IMG/VR virus record: IMGVR_UViG_3300023179_000049
Strand: one strand, 5' to 3'
DNA length: 64,000 nt
Source: a virus
Lineage: Duplodnaviria > Heunggongvirae > Uroviricota > Caudoviricetes
How positions within the stretch are numbered: position 1 is the stretch's first letter; each line of letters opens with the position of its first letter. The translations under genes were made by a program, and so were the position numbers. Shown here piece by piece: positions 49,901 through 58,313 of the stretch. Below the pieces are notes generated by a model, which had not been told where the DNA came from, searched no databases, and saw nothing but the letters and a program-made list of their open reading frames with translations.

Positions 49901-50163
49901 AATGTAGATATAGCAGGTATTCCTCTATTTCTTTTTGCGTTAATAGAGAATAGTTTATAATCTATTTTTTTAGCCCCTGGCACTTGAATAGACGTAGAAT
50001 TATCTATTTTGTTTATCTTTATATCAGTAGGAGTTTTAAGCTCGTTAGACGTGCTATAAACAGCTTTTACTGGAGATTCAGAAAGCTTCTTTTTTTCTCC
50101 AGATTCTACTGTTGTTGGCTTACGCCATTGAGATAAATTTGATTTTAAATCTAGTATTGCCAT
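46981..50163 (-). CDS. large tail/baseplate-associated protein with internal tandem repeats and Lys/Pro-rich C-terminus
   Basis: 1060 aa; eight ~11-aa repeats 'LSLYKDQLPxxxDK'; C-term 'KPKKTPKTKKTKIVPKPAPLPKKKP'; immediately downstream of tape-measure-like gene. Confidence 0.4.
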   Translation of the reverse strand: MAILDLKSNLSQWRKPTTVESGEKKKLSESPVKAVYSTSNELKTPTDIKINKIDNSTSIQVPGAKKIDYKLFSINAKRNRGIPAISTLFGDTILNKISQYKEQRVKEIVKTSEFVKITPRGIQHISTIEILKTILKDKISKYKEQFPRNLTKTSLYKNQLPIDIFKLSLYKDQLPAIIDKLSLYKDQLPPLLDKLSLYKDQSPRALLKLSLYKDQRPNILDKLSLYKKLAANGFDNLQSGARGFTLYQTATQYLGINRSGLKYTYTYPKTVKFGRLNNRLSFTGRGLSGFNDLESGAIGFTRYQEVTQYLGVNTIAGTYTYPNTVKSGNILNRSTFYSDSKNEFLLDGKERKFDGDLAANNIIYKRKYNTNITPYTDVNGKLTNLTNALREWSQKRNSPSPLDIEYTKFNLRDNSFNTGLVLFNQPLILTGIQRKDFVKTGFRFWETWKFDDGFIRGGVVTSTQRAIVDVLRIGKWFSSVKGLLFIARQAGLQASAPNTEADPLVGKRAGNGALTLASSLVNTATQHLGLRFRKDGLPIAPRRTYSLALASPSYKNRLEKVYNEIFNYPSLLKNAPGLPILALGGIGGPQSVYGIGTTPIKRYTVSNSWKTISSRGTVVTHVRGGGILGKNDKVKYINPDSNDNYLTRFTGLYDMLYDNSTFKFGYASNKSITNEPFQQYYTLDYDNLKTKAAESSIFSTGVIKNFLLKIDGTPLNDDVANTKWISTKGDFGYGTVIQDYPETSQHIRDKLRVPDYGKRGKNLQNPLDGPFMKVYKRDFGMIDPIWMVNQTTAEAVDDFVKFMFHDLNTNERFRFRAYIENVSEDFSPNWQEVKILGRADSPYIYQGFERSLSISFKAAALSRGDLMLMWDQLERLARTTVPQYQKAAKMKGPLIKFTLGNWFINTPAFIKSLTYTVDNETPWEINLGNSGVYGDPSIDNVGELPMIVSVQLSMQIFGEVRPESTISNTDQISAVKVINEEKAEGKITTHYNQGNLYPLGIEGLRGLRQTTNFGNDTVNHDPKPKKTPKTKKTKIVPKPAPLPKKKPTNPQDVNLPKVKR
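49480..49750. repeat. tandem ~33-bp coding repeats (11-aa LSLYKDQLP units)
   Basis: Repeated 'ttgatctttatataaacttag' units. Confidence 0.7.
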
Positions 50164-50168
50164 TATGC

Positions 50169-50555
50169 CTATGCTTGATAATTTCTATTTAATGTAGTTT
50201 TATTACCCATTTCATTAATTGTAGTCCCGCCCAGATTTATAATTGCTGGCTGATCTACTTTTGCTATTAATTGACGTAATAAATCGTTTGTTTCTTTATT
50301 ATTTCCTCCAGTTACTGTATTTAATTGAGAATTTGGAGTAACACTATTACCTTTTCTTAAATGTACAATCTCTGGTCCTTTTTCTCCTACTACCACAGGT
50401 CCTTGGCCGCCTACTACATTACCACCAGCAGCCATACCGGAATACATGTATAGTGCTGATACCCCTGCTGCTATTGCTCCAATTATTATAGGTATTGCCA
50501 TTCCGCCTGTTAAAGCTGCAGTAAGCCCCATTGCAGCTATAGCAGCTTTCATCAT
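50169..50555 (-). CDS. glycine-zipper membrane protein
   Basis: 'AAMGLTAALTGGMAIPIIIGAIAAGVSALYMYSGMAAGG'. Confidence 0.4.
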   Translation of the reverse strand: MMKAAIAAMGLTAALTGGMAIPIIIGAIAAGVSALYMYSGMAAGGNVVGGQGPVVVGEKGPEIVHLRKGNSVTPNSQLNTVTGGNNKETNDLLRQLIAKVDQPAIINLGGTTINEMGNKTTLNRNYQA

Positions 50556-50588
50556 ACCTAAACCTATTACAGTAATAGCAACACCAAT

Positions 50589-52289
50589 TCATATTAAGAC
50601 AGGTGCAAAAAATTTAAATGTCGTAAGCATTATATCTACGAGCTTATTCATTTTTTCTTGGGCCGTTAATGATTCATTATCTCGAATATATTGCTTTGCT
50701 GCTTCATCTCCTAGCTTTGCTCGAAGTTCAATATCTTTCTGACGAGCCTTTAAAGATTCTTCCAATCCGACTGCAGTTTGATTTTCTGCTTTAGACATAT
50801 CAATACCCAACTGCTTAGCTAATTCTTGTTGAGAAACAAATTTTGCCATTTGTTCTGTATTCATTCCTAATGCAGCTGCTGTGGCTTGTTTTTCAACACG
50901 ATTCATTTTTGTATAAGAAGCAAAGGTGATTTCTTGTTTAACTAACTCATCCATTAATCCACTCATATCATCATTTAATGCAAAATATCTAGCCTTTTCT
51001 AAATTAATATTTCTTCCAGTTACTAATTGAGCTGTTACTTGATTCTCAATTGATGATTCGATATTTAATAATTGATCTGCAATACCGTTTAAATCTTCTA
51101 AGCTAGTTCCTAACATTTTAGCTTTCATTACAGCATTAGTCAATTCTTTATCACTTCCTCTAAATTGTACTCGTATTGCATCAGATAATTTTGATACAGA
51201 ACGTAATACTGCAGATAATGATTGTGTTGAGCCAGTAGCTTTATTAAATCCAGATGCGATTGCAAATACTTCTTTCTTTACAACTGCTGTATCTTTACCA
51301 GCTATTTTTGCTGTTCTTTGAAAATTAGATGCATCTTCTGCTTGAAGTCCATATGCTTTAGTCAATTTAACTTGCTGATCAACTAACGTTTTATTGTCTG
51401 CACCATATTTTCCAAAATCCTCTACTAATTCAGCTGAAGCTTTTCTGGCTTCTTCCATAGAAGTAACCATTGTTCCAAAACTATTTAATAAGCCTCTTTG
51501 CATACTATCAACTGCTTTAGATTCATCATTTGTCAATCCTATAGATCGTTGTTGGTCTTTTAATTCTTGTTCACGACTTAATGTTGCGCTTACACCCGCG
51601 CCAATTAGTCCTATACCTGCCGTAGCCATTCCTAAACCTAGAGCGCCGGATAAAGATTTGCCCACTGTTTTTTGGTCAAACATTGCTTTTGCTAACTTCT
51701 TTCGAACTTTCTTACCTGCCTCACTTTTAATAAATTTATCAAATCCTTTGCTTAAAGAATCTCCAATTATAGGTAATTTTGCAATACCTTGAGTAACATC
51801 ATTTAAAAATCCATCTGCAGATTGTTTTGCGGCTTCCCAAATTTCTCTTTGTTGACGAATTTTTTGATTAAGAGTCAATGCTTCAGAATTTAAGCTTTTA
51901 TATTCATCTTCTTGTTGTATTAATGCTTGTAATATTTTCTCTTCAGTGTCTGCATTAATTCTATTTGTTTCTAAATGCTTTTGTAATTGTTTTTGTTCTT
52001 TTGTAAGTTCTTTATTATTAGATTTTAAATAGTCTAATTGCTTTTTAAATGACTCTTGAAGACTATCAGCAGTAGAAAAATTATCTTCTTGAAGTTTATT
52101 AATTCTAGATTCAAGTTGTATCGTTGTATTTAAAAGATCATTATGTTCTTTTGTAAGTCTGTTTATCTCTTGAACATTTGGTACTTGTTTAATTTGTTCG
52201 TCATATAAAGCATCTAAAGCATCATTAGCTTTATTTGTTATGTTAGCTAATCGAGCTTCTAATTTATCTAACTCATCTTTTTTTGCCAT
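50589..52289 (-). CDS. tape-measure-like protein
   Basis: 566 aa, long N-terminal coiled coil, central Gly-rich hydrophobic segment 'GALGLGMATAGIGLIGAGVSATL'; located between tube and baseplate-region genes. Confidence 0.45.
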   Translation of the reverse strand: MAKKDELDKLEARLANITNKANDALDALYDEQIKQVPNVQEINRLTKEHNDLLNTTIQLESRINKLQEDNFSTADSLQESFKKQLDYLKSNNKELTKEQKQLQKHLETNRINADTEEKILQALIQQEDEYKSLNSEALTLNQKIRQQREIWEAAKQSADGFLNDVTQGIAKLPIIGDSLSKGFDKFIKSEAGKKVRKKLAKAMFDQKTVGKSLSGALGLGMATAGIGLIGAGVSATLSREQELKDQQRSIGLTNDESKAVDSMQRGLLNSFGTMVTSMEEARKASAELVEDFGKYGADNKTLVDQQVKLTKAYGLQAEDASNFQRTAKIAGKDTAVVKKEVFAIASGFNKATGSTQSLSAVLRSVSKLSDAIRVQFRGSDKELTNAVMKAKMLGTSLEDLNGIADQLLNIESSIENQVTAQLVTGRNINLEKARYFALNDDMSGLMDELVKQEITFASYTKMNRVEKQATAAALGMNTEQMAKFVSQQELAKQLGIDMSKAENQTAVGLEESLKARQKDIELRAKLGDEAAKQYIRDNESLTAQEKMNKLVDIMLTTFKFFAPVLI

Positions 52290-52296
52290 AATCTAA

Positions 52297-52515
52297 TTAT
52301 TTAAAGTTCTTATTACCAGTTTTAGCAGTTGTATATTTAGAGCCTTTATTTTTCTCTTGATATACTTTCATTGACTTGCTAGCATTTTTAGCGGCATTTT
52401 TAGCTTTATACGTCGCCTCAATAAACTCTTTTTTCTTAAAGAATTCTTGTTGGCGCTTTGCAAATGATTTAGGAAATAATGCAATTAATGTATTTGCTAA
52501 TATTGATGTTAACAT
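52297..52515 (-). CDS. small basic protein
   Basis: 72 aa, Lys-rich. Confidence 0.3.
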   Translation of the reverse strand: MLTSILANTLIALFPKSFAKRQQEFFKKKEFIEATYKAKNAAKNASKSMKVYQEKNKGSKYTTAKTGNKNFK

Positions 52516-52547
52516 ATCTTTATAGTCTTTTATATTATTAATTATCG

Positions 52548-52817
52548 TTATACAGTAAAAAAGCCCTTTTTATTAGGGCTTTCTTTTATTGAAGTTTGGT
52601 TTAGAAATCTTCGGCATTTTACTTTTTGCTTCTGAAGTTTGTTTTTCAATTTCTTCATTTTCTTTATTAATAAAGTCATTGATTTGTTTAATATAGAATC
52701 TTCGAAGCCACACGGGAAAGGAATACACGCTCTCCCACGTAAATCCTCCTTTGCCATGATATACCAAGTTAAATATCTCGGTATGCAGAATGGGCCTATA
52801 GTTAGGCCCCAGGCCAA
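52548..52817 (-). CDS. ORF in -1 frame overlapping end of 52802..53656 (possible frameshift extension)
   Basis: Begins at a T7 run (minus-strand GACTTTTTTTGG) where upstream ORF ends 5 codons later; TTG start. Confidence 0.25.
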   Translation of the reverse strand: MAWGLTIGPFCIPRYLTWYIMAKEDLRGRACIPFPCGFEDSILNKSMTLLIKKMKKLKNKLQKQKVKCRRFLNQTSIKESPNKKGFFTV

Positions 52818-53656
52818 AAAAAGTCCACTCCCACGGGTAAATTTAATTTGCCTTCAAAGAAACATTCTTGACAAGTAAAATCAACATTAAAATCTACACC
52901 CGGAGATATAGTTTTAATATGTTCTCTTAACCCTCTTGAATCTTGAGCAAATAATTCATTATCAACAAACTCACTAATATATTTCTTATCGTCATTGCCG
53001 TCAACTGAAATAATAATATATTTTAATCTTGTAGTAAGATCTTTGCTAATACCTGATTTATTTGTCTTTTTAAGATTTTCAAGCTCTAGCTGAATTTTCT
53101 TTTCATCTCCGTGAGTAAGTAATTTAAATATTACTTCTCGGTTTGAAGCTGGAAGAATAAATTTAAATTCATTTGCATTAATCATTTCGGCTTTTTGGAT
53201 ATCAAATTCCTTTTCTTTTAATGTATTTAAATCAAACGAAGTTTTAGATTCTTTATCACACTCCGGACAAGTGCATGTAGCATCATACATTTTTCCGTAT
53301 CCTAAAATTCTTGCAGCAATCATAATAGCGTCTTTATCAGCGCCAATTAAATCGTTATACTTAATAGGAGTTACGATTAATGCTTGAAATAATTTGTCTA
53401 ATACAACACCTTGTTTAATTAATGATTGGGTTGTAAGAATATCTTCTTCAGCAGCAGTCATGTATTTTAATTCAATAGTGCCACTTCTTAATGGAGAATC
53501 TTCTGGATATAATAATCCTTTAGAAGGTAAAGCTATTACTTCTGTTGGAAAGTTATTTCTTTTAAGATCTTTTTGATTGTATTCTTGAATAATACTTTGT
53601 TTTAAATCTTGGATAGATGATTTATCCATTGGATAATTGTCGTTTACTATACTCAT
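52802..53656 (-). CDS. hypothetical protein with two CxxC pairs, upstream of tape-measure-like gene
   Basis: 284 aa; 'CTCPEC' and 'CQEC' pairs. Confidence 0.4.
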   Translation of the reverse strand: MSIVNDNYPMDKSSIQDLKQSIIQEYNQKDLKRNNFPTEVIALPSKGLLYPEDSPLRSGTIELKYMTAAEEDILTTQSLIKQGVVLDKLFQALIVTPIKYNDLIGADKDAIMIAARILGYGKMYDATCTCPECDKESKTSFDLNTLKEKEFDIQKAEMINANEFKFILPASNREVIFKLLTHGDEKKIQLELENLKKTNKSGISKDLTTRLKYIIISVDGNDDKKYISEFVDNELFAQDSRGLREHIKTISPGVDFNVDFTCQECFFEGKLNLPVGVDFFWPGA

Positions 53657-53677
53657 AACGTATTTATTTTATTATAA

Positions 53678-54718
53678 TTATCTTTGATGTAAAAAAGCTT
53701 TCATTATTTTATCGAATATTTCAAATTCATCTTCATTATCATGGTTAAATTTCTTTAATATATTATAATATGATATTTTTTTATTATCGGGCAGGTCCGA
53801 AGTTATTGCTACAGATAAATCTTTAAGTGCTTTTGATACTAATGGTTGATCTTGTTTCTTTAAATGATTATACCAATCTTTAAGATCATAAATCCAGTTT
53901 GTAGGTATTTGTTTGCCTTTACTATTAGGCGACTTTTTATAAGCAGATTCTATATCTTTTAAGAAATCATTAGATGTATATGTTATACCTGATGATTCTT
54001 TTGATACAGCCGTTGCATTTTTCCATAAACTAAATATACTATTAGCAGACTTTGTTATTGCCCAGAATAATTTCATTAATGCTGGAACGATAGCCATTAT
54101 TGAGCCTCCTGCAAATGCTGCGGATACTACAGAAATAATACTCGGAAAATGTGAAATACTAAATGCTATACATCCTATGGCAAATAATGCTAATCCAACA
54201 TTACCAGCCATTGATGCAGTTTCTATATTCGCGCCAAATAATCTAGCAATTTTAAAAAATGCTTTTTCTACTAATCTAATTGGCGAATATTTTATTAAGT
54301 TTTTTAAAAATTTTGAAGCCGATTTTATTTGCTCATTGCTAAATCCCATTTTCTGCATTATAGTTGTACCTAAATGTGTACCAGTCTCACCTGCTTCATA
54401 AGTTTCAAGTGCTTCTAATCCAAGTGATAATATTCCCGATTCAAAAAGAATTTTATTTTCTTCTAAACTTTCATTATATTCATTAATTTCTTCTGGGTTT
54501 AATGAATCTATATCAAAATCAGCATCTATAAATTTATTTAAAATATCTAGTTGTACTTTATTGTTACTAGTATCTATACCAGCAGATTTTACTCCTTTTA
54601 TAAAATTATTAATTTTTTGGGTACCATCTTCTTCCTTCAATAATTTATTATATTGAGATTCTGTAATGATTCTTGCAGTCCTTTGCAAGTCTAATCTTTC
54701 TTTTAAGGTTAAGTTCAT
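53678..54718 (-). CDS. paralog family member 1 (conserved N-terminal module + membrane domain)
   Basis: N-term 'MNLTLKERLDLQRTARIITESQYNKLLKE'; C-terminal TM helices. Confidence 0.5.
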   Translation of the reverse strand: MNLTLKERLDLQRTARIITESQYNKLLKEEDGTQKINNFIKGVKSAGIDTSNNKVQLDILNKFIDADFDIDSLNPEEINEYNESLEENKILFESGILSLGLEALETYEAGETGTHLGTTIMQKMGFSNEQIKSASKFLKNLIKYSPIRLVEKAFFKIARLFGANIETASMAGNVGLALFAIGCIAFSISHFPSIISVVSAAFAGGSIMAIVPALMKLFWAITKSANSIFSLWKNATAVSKESSGITYTSNDFLKDIESAYKKSPNSKGKQIPTNWIYDLKDWYNHLKKQDQPLVSKALKDLSVAITSDLPDNKKISYYNILKKFNHDNEDEFEIFDKIMKAFLHQR

Positions 54719-55623
54719 ATTAATTTTTTGGTTTTATCTTTAGCATCATCTACTGTTTTATATAAATCAGTTAAAAATTCTTTATATCCTTCAGGATTAT
54801 ATTTTTTTATCATAAGTATATAACTAGCATAAGTATTAAGAGATGATGAATATTCTGTAAATTTATTAACTAAAGATTGAAATGCAGTTCTTTTTCCTGA
54901 TCCTTGTATAAAATCTTTAGCATTTTGATTAAATGTGGTTTGTTTACCTGAATAAAATTGTAATATACTGTCTAAAGCGCTTAATATTTCTTCTTTAGTC
55001 ATTTTTAATTTTACCGCCCTATCAACACTTGTAGTGATTGCTTCAAAAAACTGCCCTGTCATTGTTTGAAATTCTGCCCATGATTTATAGTAAACTTCAC
55101 CTGACTCATTTGGCTCTTTTAGGTATCGATGATTTGTTGCAGGGTCTTTAGCGTGTATTAACTCATGTTTAAGTGTTTTTCTTACGGCGTCTATACCTGG
55201 ATTTTCGTTGCCTGTCATCATCTTAGTAAAATCCATATCTAAACCTCCAAGGCCTTTAAAATATTTAGAAAATTGAAATTGTTGTATCAAAATAATATTA
55301 TCGTCTGGATTTTTTTTATCATTAGTTTGATAATAACCGTTAGCAGTTTTATAATTCATATCATTACCGACATAAATTTTAACTTTTATAGGACTTTTAT
55401 CTGCCGAAATACCTTTAAATTCGTCAACTAAAAACATTTTATTATCTCCTAAATAATCCCCTGCTATCATGTTTATAATTTTAGGCAACATAGAATTTAC
55501 TTGTCTTCTTTCATCAGAAGTAAGTTGTATCGTACCTTCGTTTAATAATTTCGTATATTGACTTTCAGTAATGATTTTTGCCGTTCTTTGTAGGCCTAAT
55601 CGTTCTTTTAAAGTTAAGTTCAT
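54715..55623 (-). CDS. paralog family member 2 with HExxH metalloprotease-like motif
   Basis: N-term 'MNLTLKERLGLQRTAKIITESQYTKLLNE'; 'LKHELIHAKD' HExxH. Confidence 0.5.
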   Translation of the reverse strand: MNLTLKERLGLQRTAKIITESQYTKLLNEGTIQLTSDERRQVNSMLPKIINMIAGDYLGDNKMFLVDEFKGISADKSPIKVKIYVGNDMNYKTANGYYQTNDKKNPDDNIILIQQFQFSKYFKGLGGLDMDFTKMMTGNENPGIDAVRKTLKHELIHAKDPATNHRYLKEPNESGEVYYKSWAEFQTMTGQFFEAITTSVDRAVKLKMTKEEILSALDSILQFYSGKQTTFNQNAKDFIQGSGKRTAFQSLVNKFTEYSSSLNTYASYILMIKKYNPEGYKEFLTDLYKTVDDAKDKTKKLI

Positions 55624-55655
55624 ATTAAATGATTTATTATAATTATCTCGATCAT

Positions 55656-55683
55656 GAAAAAGGCTCGCATTTTATTGCAAGCC
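55656..55683 (-). terminator. possible rho-independent terminator
   Basis: Minus-strand hairpin GGCTTGC-(8)-GCGAGCC followed by TTTTTC. Confidence 0.4.
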
Positions 55684-55724
55684 AATTTCGTAGTAACCTC
55701 GGGAAAAGGTAATATTGTTATATA

Positions 55725-56207
55725 TTATTCTTGTACTGGTGTATTTAATTGAAAATTATTTATTGCTTTAGATAACCCTTTAAGTGATGTAGCTACATCA
55801 TCAAGATCATATTCATCAACTGACATATTAACTATGTTTAATGCCGAGTCTAATATATCCCATTTAGCTTGTTGTGGCTTATCTAAATCAAGAAGTCCTT
55901 CAAAAGTAGCTAATCGATTATCATTACGAAAAATAGTATCATCATTATTTTTTACTGCCTTTTCTAAACTCATCAAATACTGTAATGTATTTTTAATATC
56001 TTCTTTCTCAATTAATGCACCTTCATTTCCATCTGGAAATGTTTTACTTGCTAAAAGTAAGATGTCTTTTAGTTTCTTATAATTAATCGGAGTACCAATA
56101 GATGGTACCATTCCTTCATTCTCTTTCAATAATTTCTTATATTGAGATTCAGTAATGATTCTTGCTGTTCTTTGCAAGTCTAATTTTTCTTTTAAAGTTA
56201 TATTCAT
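55725..56207 (-). CDS. paralog family member 3
   Basis: N-term 'MNITLKEKLDLQRTARIITESQYKKLLKE'. Confidence 0.5.
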   Translation of the reverse strand: MNITLKEKLDLQRTARIITESQYKKLLKENEGMVPSIGTPINYKKLKDILLLASKTFPDGNEGALIEKEDIKNTLQYLMSLEKAVKNNDDTIFRNDNRLATFEGLLDLDKPQQAKWDILDSALNIVNMSVDEYDLDDVATSLKGLSKAINNFQLNTPVQE

Positions 56208-56218
56208 ATTAGTATTTA

Positions 56219-56560
56219 TTATAATTCATTATTAGATTGGACTAATCCTGCTTTAGCTAACAATCGTATGATATCCTGACCGTTATTAAAAAATCCATTT
56301 AAATACTCAGTACCAAAGGATTCTGTTGTATCAAAGTCAGGTGCTTGACACCATTCTTGCATACCTAAAAAGAATTCTTTACCCTTCGGAGTAAATATTA
56401 CATCATTTAAAGTTATTGATTCTTTAACTGGTTCTTCTTTTTCTTGTTTAGCTTCATACTCATCCATTACTTCTTGAATAGTAGGTAATGGTTTGCCAGG
56501 TTTACGTTCCCATGCATATCCTTCTTTAAGAAGTGATTTTAGTTTTATTTGTTTTGACAT
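56219..56560 (-). CDS. hypothetical protein
   Basis: 113-aa ORF. Confidence 0.4.
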   Translation of the reverse strand: MSKQIKLKSLLKEGYAWERKPGKPLPTIQEVMDEYEAKQEKEEPVKESITLNDVIFTPKGKEFFLGMQEWCQAPDFDTTESFGTEYLNGFFNNGQDIIRLLAKAGLVQSNNEL

Positions 56561-56572
56561 TTTAGTTATGTT

Positions 56573-57094
56573 TTATTTAAAGTATGTTTGCTCGAAATAT
56601 AATACTTCGAAATTATTTTCTATATTTACAAGCATCGCTGCATTTAGTAAATCTGAATATTCAATTACTGATTGATTTTGACCCATTCTATATGATGTTA
56701 AAAAATCGAATGTATTTAAATCGCTCGTGAACAATTCTTTAGAATCTTTTAAATATGCTTCATAAAGAGCATATTCAATTTGATATGCTTTATTAACAAT
56801 ATCAATTAAGTTTGTAAATATAATATTACCTTTAATTGATGGCATAGTAGGAATAACATTCCAATCTACTAAATACTTTTGAATACCCTCTGCATGCTCT
56901 AATTCATTATCAGCTTCTGCTGCAAAAAATGTAGCGGCTTTTAAATACCCTTCACCAGCGCACCAGTTATGAGCATTTCTGTAGAAATAATGAGCGCCAT
57001 ATTCGTCTTTTAATCTTTCGTTTAGTTTTGATACTGAAGAAGCTTCTAAGGTTTTCGGAGTTTTTATACTTCCTTGTGTTGCTTGTGTAATCAT
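56573..57094 (-). CDS. ferritin-like protein
   Basis: 'AAEADNELEHAEGIQKYL' matches ferritin 'EEREHAEKLMKYQN' ferroxidase-site helix; N-terminal 'ERLKDEYGAHYFY' like ferritin helix A. Confidence 0.55.
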   Translation of the reverse strand: MITQATQGSIKTPKTLEASSVSKLNERLKDEYGAHYFYRNAHNWCAGEGYLKAATFFAAEADNELEHAEGIQKYLVDWNVIPTMPSIKGNIIFTNLIDIVNKAYQIEYALYEAYLKDSKELFTSDLNTFDFLTSYRMGQNQSVIEYSDLLNAAMLVNIENNFEVLYFEQTYFK

Positions 57095-57099
57095 AAAAA

Positions 57100-57591
57100 C
57101 TAGAAATTCAATATAGCATAATCATAGGTAATCGTTACTGTAATAGTAACAGCTTCTCCGTCATTCGCCCAATCCATTTCATTGAAGTTAGCATCTGAAC
57201 ACCAAGCACCTTTTAATACCCATTCTTCTACTTTATCACCTACAGGCCCTAACATATTAAATGTAATGTCTTTTTTGTAGAAATCACTATAACCATCACG
57301 ACCTGTTACGCTTTCATGTCCTAGACGAATCCATTCCATTACTGCTTGAGCTCCTGAAGGAACAATTGGGTCATATAAAGTAATAGTGAGATCTTGCCAA
57401 CGAGACTTACCTTTTACTTTTCTGTCTACGTTGATATGATCTAATACTGTAACAGTTGATGTTAATTGAGGCCTTCCTGCTGCTTTAATAATAAAAGAAG
57501 GAATTCCTTCAATATACATGAAGAATCTATTTGTTTGTTTTGGTTCCCAACTCTGGAACATTATTTCAGCTGGGTCTAAAATTTCTGGCAT
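57100..57591 (-). CDS. tail tube protein (T4 gp19-like)
   Basis: 163 aa (same length as recalled T4 gp19); N-terminal 'NRFFMYIEG...VDRKVKGKSRWQDLTITLYD' and C-terminal 'MDWANDGEAVTITVTITYDY' parallel gp19. Confidence 0.55.
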   Translation of the reverse strand: MPEILDPAEIMFQSWEPKQTNRFFMYIEGIPSFIIKAAGRPQLTSTVTVLDHINVDRKVKGKSRWQDLTITLYDPIVPSGAQAVMEWIRLGHESVTGRDGYSDFYKKDITFNMLGPVGDKVEEWVLKGAWCSDANFNEMDWANDGEAVTITVTITYDYAILNF

Positions 57592-57653
57592 AGTATTATA
57601 TGTTTAAATTTGTTATTTATTATAATTATTGTTAAGTGTTAAAAACTAATGTA

Positions 57654-58280
57654 TTATTTCTTACGTAAGAACGTATCTAATAAAACACCTATTTGAGCTG
57701 CATGAGTCTTTAAACTATCATATGCTTCGTCACTTAATTCTTTTTTACGTTTTATTGATTCTGCTGAAAGAACTCCGATCATTTTGCCGTCAATATTCTT
57801 AAGAGCAAACATATATGAAGATTTACAGTTCGTTTCTTCTGCTAAATATCTTAATCCGTAAGTAGCTGTTTCTTCATTTTTATAATCAGTGATAGTAATT
57901 TTATCATGATCTAAAAGTCTATTAATAGATTTACTAAATAAGTTTATTGGTATATTTTGAAAGTTATGTCTTATTGATTCTGCTTCAGCAGTTACTGCTT
58001 CGTAAATCATTGAAAACTTTTGAATAGATTTACCTGTAGGATAAAAATGTCCTCCATTGTGGAATTGAGTTATCCATACACGATCTAAACCCGTTTCATC
58101 TAAGATTTGATCTAATACTTTACAAATAATTTCTCCGTTTGCTGCCGCATCTTTAATAGGGTCTTTAGTTTTTTTATGTTCTTGAAGATAATGCCTTACT
58201 ATTAATATTAATATAGGCCCCAGAACCCCGGTTAAGAACGCCGGTAATGAACTAGTTATGATATTTAATATACTTTCCAT
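57654..58280 (-). CDS. hypothetical protein with N-terminal TM segment
   Basis: 208-aa ORF. Confidence 0.4.
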   Translation of the reverse strand: MESILNIITSSLPAFLTGVLGPILILIVRHYLQEHKKTKDPIKDAAANGEIICKVLDQILDETGLDRVWITQFHNGGHFYPTGKSIQKFSMIYEAVTAEAESIRHNFQNIPINLFSKSINRLLDHDKITITDYKNEETATYGLRYLAEETNCKSSYMFALKNIDGKMIGVLSAESIKRKKELSDEAYDSLKTHAAQIGVLLDTFLRKK

Positions 58281-58313
58281 TGATTAATAATACAGTTCGT
58301 TAGACTTAAGATT

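Noticed and set aside
52573-52767. 64-aa ORF 52573..52767 as an independent gene
   Set aside because: It is a third overlapping frame in the same 270 bp as 52548..52817. Only one of these can plausibly be coding; the frameshift-linked frame is favoured.
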